Shown here in pieces: positions 20,558-26,336 of a DNA stretch of 26,336 bases (position 1 is its first letter; the number at the start of each line of letters is the position of its first letter). Source of the stretch: a virus; UHGV virus genome UHGV-0273073; one strand, 5' to 3'. The notes beneath the pieces are model-generated. The model was not told the origin of the DNA. It was given only the letters and a program-made list of their open reading frames with translations, and did no database searches. The position numbers and the translations under genes are program-made.

Positions 20558-20567
20558 AACCCAAGCA
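20558..20567. repeat. Right copy of 10-bp direct repeat AACCCAAGCA (putative attR core)
   Basis: Identical to 10426..10435; E homology resumes 1 nt after it. Confidence 0.8.
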
Positions 20568-20568
20568 T

Positions 20569-21348
20569 GAGGTGAATCCGCAGATGACCCTGCGTCGCCT
20601 GCCGGATGAAGATCCGCAGAACCTGGCTGACCCGGCTTACCGTCGTCGCCGTATTATTCGGCAGAATATGCTGGATGAAAATCTGGCGATTGCCCAGGTC
20701 GAAGAGATGCAGGCAGTTTCTGCCGTGCTTAAGGGCAAATACACCATGACCGGTGAAGCCTTCGATCCGGTTGAGGTGGATATGGGCCGCAGTGCGGCGA
20801 ATAACATCACGCAGTCCGGCGGCACAGAGTGGAGCAAGCGTGACAAGTCCACGTATGACCCGACCGACGATATCGAAGCCTACGCGCTGAACGCCAGCGG
20901 TGTGGTGAATATCATCGTGTTTGATCCGAAAGGCTGGGCGCTGTTCCGTTCCTTCAAGGCCGTCAAGGAGAAGCTGGATACCCGTCGCGGCTCTCATTCC
21001 GAGCTGGAGACAGCGGTAAAAGACCTGGGCAAAGCGGTGTCTTATAAGGGAATGTATGGCGATGTGGCCATCGTCGTGTATTCCGGACAGTACGTGGAAA
21101 ACGGCGTCAAAAAGAACTTCCTGCCGGACAACACGATGGTGCTGGGGAACACTCAGGCACGCGGTCTGCGCACCTATGGTTGCATTCAGGATGCGGACGC
21201 ACAGCGCGAAGGCATTAACGCCTCTGCCCGTTACCCGAAAAACTGGGTGACCACCGGCGACCCGGCGCGTGAGTTCACCATGATTCAGTCAGCACCGCTG
21301 ATGCTGCTGGCTGACCCTGATGAGTTCGTGTCCGTTCAACTGGCGTAA
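20569..21348 (+). pseudogene. E: Major capsid protein E, 3' portion (codons 83-341), separated from its 5' part by the island
   Basis: Frame reads TAA-P-K-H-EVNPQMTLRRLPDEDPQNL… through the normal C-terminus …DPDEFVSVQLA; 82 + 259 residues = 341 as in lambda gpE; an in-frame TAA (20557..20559) lies just upstream. Confidence 0.92.
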
Positions 21349-21389
21349 TCATGGCCCTTCGGGGCCATTTTCTCTCTGTGGAGGAGTCC

Positions 21390-21785
21390 ATGACGAAAGA
21401 TGAACTGATTGCCCGTCTCCGGTCGCTGGGTGAGCAACTGAACCGTGATGTCAGCCTGACGGGGACGAAAGAAGAACTGGCGCTCCGTGTGGCAGAGCTG
21501 GAAGAGGAGCTTGATGACACGGATGACGCAGCCGGTCAGGACACGTCTGTCAGCCCGGAAAATGCGCTGACCGGACATGAAAATGAGGTGGTATCAGCAC
21601 AGCCGGATTCCGTGACTGATACGGCTGCTCTGGTCACGGTTGTGGCACTGGTGACGCTGCATACCGATGCACTTCACGTCACGCGGGATGAGGCTGTGGC
21701 ATTTGTGCTGCCGGGAACGGCGTTTCGTGTCTCTGCCGGTGTGGCAGCCGAAATGACAGAACGTGGCCTGGCCAGAATGCAATAA
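21390..21785 (+). CDS. FI: DNA packaging / head completion protein FI
   Basis: MTKDELIARLRSLGEQLNRDVSLTGTKEELALRVAELEEELDD…, lambda gpFI-like; ATG 21390 with GGAGG upstream. Confidence 0.93.
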   Translation: MTKDELIARLRSLGEQLNRDVSLTGTKEELALRVAELEEELDDTDDAAGQDTSVSPENALTGHENEVVSAQPDSVTDTAALVTVVALVTLHTDALHVTRDEAVAFVLPGTAFRVSAGVAAEMTERGLARMQ

Positions 21786-21796
21786 CGGGAGGCGCT

Positions 21797-22150
21797 GTGG
21801 CTGATTTCGATAACCTGTTCGATGCTGCCATTGCCCGCGCCGATGAAACGATACGCGGGTACATGGGAACGTCAGCCACCATGACATCCGGTGAGCAGTC
21901 CGGCGCAGTAATACGTGGTGTTTTTGATGACCCTGAAAATATCAGCTATGCCGGACAGGGCGTACGCGTTGAAGGCTCCAGCCCGTCCCTGTTTGTCCGG
22001 ACTGATGATGTGCGGCAGCTGCGGCGCGGCGACACGCTAACCATCGGTGAGGAAAACTTCTGGATAGACCGGATTTCGCCGGATGATGGCGGAAGCTGTC
22101 ATCTCTGGCTTGGGCGGGGCGTACCGCCTGCCGTTAACCGTCGCCGCTGA
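21797..22150 (+). CDS. FII: Head-tail connector protein FII
   Basis: 117 aa, lambda gpFII-like. Confidence 0.95.
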   Translation: MADFDNLFDAAIARADETIRGYMGTSATMTSGEQSGAVIRGVFDDPENISYAGQGVRVEGSSPSLFVRTDDVRQLRRGDTLTIGEENFWIDRISPDDGGSCHLWLGRGVPPAVNRRR

Positions 22151-22161
22151 AAGGGGGATGT

Positions 22162-22740
22162 ATGGCCATAAAAGGTCTTGAGCAGGCCGTTGAAAACCTC
22201 AGCCGTATCAGCAAAACGGCGGTGCCCGGTGCCGCCGCAATGGCCATTAACCGCGTTGCTTCATCCGCGATATCGCAGTCGGCGTCACAGGTTGCCCGTG
22301 AGACAAAGGTACGCCGGAAACTGGTAAAGGAAAGGGCCAGGCTGAAAAGGGCCACGGTCAAAAATCCGCAGGCCAGAATCAGGGTTAACCGGGGGGATTT
22401 GCCCGTAATCAAGCTGGGTAATGCGCGGGTTGTCCTGTCCCGCCGCAGGCGTCGTAAAAAGGGGCAGCGTTCATCCCTGAAAGGTGGCGGCAGCGTGCTT
22501 GTGGTGGGAAACCGTCGTATTCCCGGCGCGTTTATTCAGCAACTGAAAAATGGCCGGTGGCATGTCATGCAGCGTGTGGCCGGGAAAAACCGTTACCCCA
22601 TTGATGTGGTGAAAATTCCGATGGCGGTGCCGCTGACCACGGCGTTTAAACAGAATATTGAGCGGATACGGCGTGAGCGTCTTCCGAAAGAGCTGGGCTA
22701 TGCGCTGCAGCATCAACTGAGAATGGTAATAAAGCGATGA
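22162..22740 (+). CDS. Z: Tail completion protein Z
   Basis: 192 aa, lambda gpZ-like. Confidence 0.95.
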   Translation: MAIKGLEQAVENLSRISKTAVPGAAAMAINRVASSAISQSASQVARETKVRRKLVKERARLKRATVKNPQARIRVNRGDLPVIKLGNARVVLSRRRRRKKGQRSSLKGGGSVLVVGNRRIPGAFIQQLKNGRWHVMQRVAGKNRYPIDVVKIPMAVPLTTAFKQNIERIRRERLPKELGYALQHQLRMVIKR

Positions 22741-23132
22741 AACATACTGAACTCCGTGCAGCCGTACTGGATGCACTGGAGAAGCATGACACCGGGGCGA
22801 CGCTTTTTGATGGTCGCCCCGCTGTTTTTGATGAGGAAGATTTTCCGGCAATTGCCGTTTATCTCACCGGCGCTGAATACACGGGCGAAGAGCTGGACAG
22901 CGATACCTGGCAGGCGGAGCTGCATATTGAAGTTTTCCTGCCTGCTCAGGTGCCGGATTCAGAGCTGGATTCGTGGATGGAGTCCCGGATTTATCCGGTG
23001 ATGAGCGATATCCCGGCACTGTCAGATTTGATCACCAGTATGGTGGCCAGTGGCTATGACTACCGGCGCGACGATGATGCGGGCCTGTGGAGTTCAGCCG
23101 ATCTGACTTATGTCATTACCTATGAAATGTGA
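22737..23132 (+). CDS. U: Tail terminator protein U
   Basis: 131 aa, lambda gpU-like; start overlaps the Z stop. Confidence 0.95.
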   Translation: MKHTELRAAVLDALEKHDTGATLFDGRPAVFDEEDFPAIAVYLTGAEYTGEELDSDTWQAELHIEVFLPAQVPDSELDSWMESRIYPVMSDIPALSDLITSMVASGYDYRRDDDAGLWSSADLTYVITYEM

Positions 23133-23139
23133 GGACGAT

Positions 23140-23880
23140 ATGCCAACACCAAATCCTCTGGCACCGGTGAAAGGGGCCGGGACCACACTGTGGGTTTATA
23201 ACGGGAGCGGCGACCCTTATGCAAACCCGCTTTCAGACAATGACTGGTCGCGTCTGGCAAAGGTTAAAGACCTGACGCCCGGCGAACTGACCGCTGAGTC
23301 CTATGACGACAGTTATCTCGATGATGAAGATGCGGACTGGACCGCGACCGGACAGGGGCAGAAATCTGCCGGAGATACCAGCTTCACGCTGGCGTGGATG
23401 CCCGGAGAGCAGGGGCAGCAGGCGCTGCTGGCGTGGTTTAATGAAGGTGATACCCGTGCCTATAAAATCCGCTTCCCGAACGGCACGGTCGATGTGTTCC
23501 GCGGCTGGGTCAGCAGTATCGGTAAGGCGGTGACGGCGAAGGACGTGATCACCCGCACGGTGAAAGTCACCAACGTAGGACGTCCGTCGATGGCAGAAGA
23601 TCGCAGCACGGTAACAGCGGCAACCGGTATGACCGTGACGCCAGCCAGCGCTTCCGTAGTGAAAGGGAAGAGCACCACGCTGACCGTGGCATTCCAGCCG
23701 GAAGGCGCAACCGACAAGAGCTTCCGTGCGGTGTCAGCGGATAAAACAAAAGCCACCGTGTCGGTCAGTGGTATGACCATCACCGTGAATGGCGTTGCTG
23801 CAGGTAAGGTCAACATTCCGGTCGTATCCGGTAATGGTGAGTTTGCTGCGGTTGCAGAAATCACCGTCACCGCCAGTTAA
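23140..23880 (+). CDS. V: Major tail tube protein V (with C-terminal Ig-like domain)
   Basis: ATG 23140 ([20 protein letters not shown]…), 246 aa; lambda gpV-like. Confidence 0.95.
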   Translation: MPTPNPLAPVKGAGTTLWVYNGSGDPYANPLSDNDWSRLAKVKDLTPGELTAESYDDSYLDDEDADWTATGQGQKSAGDTSFTLAWMPGEQGQQALLAWFNEGDTRAYKIRFPNGTVDVFRGWVSSIGKAVTAKDVITRTVKVTNVGRPSMAEDRSTVTAATGMTVTPASASVVKGKSTTLTVAFQPEGATDKSFRAVSADKTKATVSVSGMTITVNGVAAGKVNIPVVSGNGEFAAVAEITVTAS

Positions 23881-23895
23881 TCCGGAGAGTCAGAG

Positions 23896-24318
23896 ATGTT
23901 CCTGAAAACCGAATCATTTGAACATAACGGTGTGACCGTCACGCTTTCTGAACTGTCAGCCCTGCAGCGTATTGAGCATCTCGCCCTGATGAAACGGCAG
24001 GCAGAACAGGCGGAGTCAGACAGCAACCGGAAGTTTACTGTGGAAGACGCCATCAGAACCGGCGCGTTTCTGGTGGCGATGTCCCTGTGGCATAACCATC
24101 CGCAGAAGACGCAGATGCCGTCCATGAATGAAGCCGTTAAACAGATTGAGCAGGAAGTGCTTACCACCTGGCCCACGGAGGCAATTTCTCATGCTGAAAA
24201 CGTGGTGTACCGGCTGTCTGGTATGTATGAGTTTGTTGTGAATAATACCCCTGAACAGACAGAGGACGCCGGGCCTGCAGAGCCTGTTTCTGCGGGAAAG
24301 TGTTCGACGGTGAGCTGA
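23896..24318 (+). CDS. G: Tail assembly chaperone G
   Basis: 140 aa, lambda gpG-like; contains the slippery heptamer near its 3' end. Confidence 0.95.
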   Translation: MFLKTESFEHNGVTVTLSELSALQRIEHLALMKRQAEQAESDSNRKFTVEDAIRTGAFLVAMSLWHNHPQKTQMPSMNEAVKQIEQEVLTTWPTEAISHAENVVYRLSGMYEFVVNNTPEQTEDAGPAEPVSAGKCSTVS

Positions 24319-24734
24319 GTTTTGCCCTGAAACTGGCGCGTGAGATGGGGCGACCCGACTGGCGTGCCATGCTTGCCGGGATGTCATCCACGGAGTATGC
24401 CGACTGGCACCGCTTTTACAGTACCCATTATTTTCATGATGTTCTGCTGGATATGCACTTTTCCGGGCTGACGTACACCGTGCTCAGCCTGTTTTTCAGC
24501 GATCCGGATATGCATCCGCTGGATTTCAGTTTGCTGAACCGGCGCGAGGCTGACGAGGAGCCTGAAGATGATGTGCTGATGCAGAAAGCGGCAGGGCTTG
24601 CCGGAGGTGTCCGCTTTGGCCCGGACGGGAATGAAGTTATCCCTACTTCCCCGGATGTGGCGGACATGACGGAGGATGACGTAATGCTGATGACAGTATC
24701 AGAAGGGATCGCAGGAGGAGTCCGGTATGGCTGA
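23896..24734 (+). CDS. GT: Tail assembly chaperone G-T fusion produced by programmed -1 frameshift (T-frame part 24300..24734)
   Basis: Slippery site G GGA AAG at 24294..24300 in the G zero frame; the T-frame ORF (track 24300..24734) has no independent start context. Confidence 0.85.
24294..24300 (+). promoter_or_regulatory. Programmed -1 ribosomal frameshift slippery heptamer GGGAAAG
   Basis: Canonical lambda G/GT slip site, in the correct frame relative to G. Confidence 0.85.
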
Positions 24735-26336
24735 ACCGGTAGGCGATCTGGTCGTTGATTTGAGTCTGGATGCGGCCAGATTTGACGAGCAGATGGCCAG
24801 AGTCAGGCGTCATTTTTCCGGTACGGAAAGTGATGCGAAAAAAACAGCGGCAGTCGTTGAACAGTCGCTGAGCCGACAGGCGCTGGCTGCACAGAAAGCG
24901 GGGATTTCCGTCGGGCAGTATAAAGCCGCCATGCGTATGCTGCCTGCACAGTTCACCGACGTGGCCACGCAGCTTGCAGGCGGGCAAAGTCCGTGGCTGA
25001 TCCTGCTGCAACAGGGTGGTCAGGTTAAGGACTCCTTCGGCGGGATGATCCCCATGTTCAGGGGGCTTGCCGGTGCGATCACCCTGCCGATGGTGGGGGC
25101 CACCTCGCTGGCGGTGGCGACCGGTGCGCTGGCGTATGCCTGGTATCAGGGCAACTCAACCCTGTCCGATTTCAACAAAACGCTGGTCCTTTCCGGCAAT
25201 CAGGCGGGACTGACGGCAGATCGTATTCTGGCCCTGTCCAGAGCCGGGCAGGCGGCAGGGCTGACGTTTAACCAGACCAGCGAGTCACTGACGGCGCTGG
25301 TGAATGCCGGTGTGCGTGGTGGTGAGCAGTTTGAGGCGATCAGCCAGAGTGTGGCGCGTTTCTCCTCTGCATCCGGCGTGGAGGTGGACAAGGTCGCTGA
25401 AGCCTTCGGGAAGCTGACCACAGACCCGACGTCGGGACTGACAGCGATGGCACGTCAGTTCCATAACGTGACGGCGGAGCAGATTGCGTATGTTGCTCAG
25501 TTGCAGCGTTCCGGAGATGAAGCCGGGGCATTGCAGGCGGCGAACGAGGCCGCAACGAAAGGGTTTGATGACCAGACCCGCCGCCTGAAAGAGAACATGG
25601 GCACGCTGGAGACCTGGGCAGACAGGACAGCACGGGCATTCAAATCCATGTGGGATTCGGTGCTGGATATTGGTCGCCCGGACACTGCCCGGGAAATGCT
25701 GGAGAAAGCAGAAAAGGCTTTTGATGAGGCGGACAAAAAATGGCAGTGGTATCAGAGCCGGAGCCACCGGCGCGGTAAAACATCCGCATTTCTTGCCAAT
25801 CTCCGGGGAGCATGGGAGGACAGAGCGAATGCGCAACTTGGGCTTTCAGCCGCCACGTTGCAGGCCGATCTTGAAAAGGCCAGAGAGATGGCAGCAAAGG
25901 ACTGGGCCGAGTCTGAGGCATCACGGCTGAAATATACCGAAGAGGCGCAGAAGGCTTATGAACGCCTGCAGACGCCGCTGGAGAAATATACCGCCCGTCA
26001 GGAAGAACTGAACAAGGCACTGAAGGACGGGAAAATTCTGCAGGCAGATTACAACACGCTGATGGCGGCGGCGAAAAAGGACTATGAAGCGACGCTGAAA
26101 AAGGCGAAACAGTCCGGCGTGAAGGTGTCTGCGGGCGATCGTCAGGAAGACAGTGCTCATGCTGCCCTGCTGACGCTTCAGGCTGAACTCTGGACGCTGG
26201 AGAGGCATGCCGGAGCAAATGAGAAAATCAGCCAGCAGCGCCGGGATTTGTGGAAGGCGGAGAGTCAGTTCGCGGTACTGGAGGAGGCGGCGCAACGTCG
26301 CCAGCTGTCTGCACAGGAGAAATCCCTGCTGGCGCA
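24727..26336 (+). CDS. H: Tail tape-measure protein H, 3'-partial (runs off the window)
   Basis: ATG 24727 overlapping the T stop; MAEPVGDLVVDLSLDAARFDEQMARVRRHFSGTESDAKKTAAVVEQ… is lambda gpH-like; open to the end of the window; not in the ORF track because no stop is reached. Confidence 0.93.
   Translation, partial: MAEPVGDLVVDLSLDAARFDEQMARVRRHFSGTESDAKKTAAVVEQSLSRQALAAQKAGISVGQYKAAMRMLPAQFTDVATQLAGGQSPWLILLQQGGQVKDSFGGMIPMFRGLAGAITLPMVGATSLAVATGALAYAWYQGNSTLSDFNKTLVLSGNQAGLTADRILALSRAGQAAGLTFNQTSESLTALVNAGVRGGEQFEAISQSVARFSSASGVEVDKVAEAFGKLTTDPTSGLTAMARQFHNVTAEQIAYVAQLQRSGDEAGALQAANEAATKGFDDQTRRLKENMGTLETWADRTARAFKSMWDSVLDIGRPDTAREMLEKAEKAFDEADKKWQWYQSRSHRRGKTSAFLANLRGAWEDRANAQLGLSAATLQADLEKAREMAAKDWAESEASRLKYTEEAQKAYERLQTPLEKYTARQEELNKALKDGKILQADYNTLMAAAKKDYEATLKKAKQSGVKVSAGDRQEDSAHAALLTLQAELWTLERHAGANEKISQQRRDLWKAESQFAVLEEAAQRRQLSAQEKSLLA

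Larger units (their letters stand above)
10426..20567 (+). mobile_element. Integrated satellite-like island (PICI/P4-like): int, alpA-like, cargo, pri/hel, iteron ori, ssb, capsid and decoration homologs, HTH, cos-like site
   Basis: Splits E in-frame-restorably; direct-repeat boundaries; integrase adjacent to the left end; phased arm-type repeats on both arms; composition break (AT-rich cargo). Confidence 0.85.

Noticed and set aside
10426-20567. Island as a tRNA-targeting P4-like element or a simple tandem duplication of the prophage D-E region
   Set aside because: No tRNA-like sequence at either junction; island E'/D' are highly diverged from resident E/D and in reverse order, so not a recent duplication.
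20313-20570. 85-aa plus-strand ORF (and minus-strand 20309..20491) spanning the phased repeats next to attR
   Set aside because: Repetitive translation (…YCSMYCSMYC…) generated by the 12-bp tandem repeats; interpreted as att arm DNA.

Overview
The window is the late region of a lambda-like prophage (E. coli-type lambdoid) whose major capsid gene E is split by a ~10.1-kb satellite-like integrative island. Order, left to right: lysis cassette (holin remnant, SAR endolysin, Rz with embedded Rz1), a cold-shock/moron cluster (CspA-family, GnsA/B-family and small proteins), cos, then head genes Nu1-A-W-B-C/Nu3-D and the first 82 codons of E. E is interrupted at 10436 and resumes at 20569, followed by FI-FII-Z-U-V-G/GT and the start of H. 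The inserted island (10426..20567) is bounded by a 10-bp direct repeat (AACCCAAGCA) and encodes a P4-family tyrosine integrase, two AlpA-type HTH proteins, an AT-rich cargo locus, a primase/helicase with an iteron origin, SSB, divergent homologs of capsid protein E and decoration protein D, and its own cos-like site. The island's cosB arm is nearly identical to the resident cos, but its cosN 12-mer differs. Precise excision at the repeats would rebuild an intact 341-codon E. All homology statements rest on recalled protein sequences and by-eye comparison; no searches were run.
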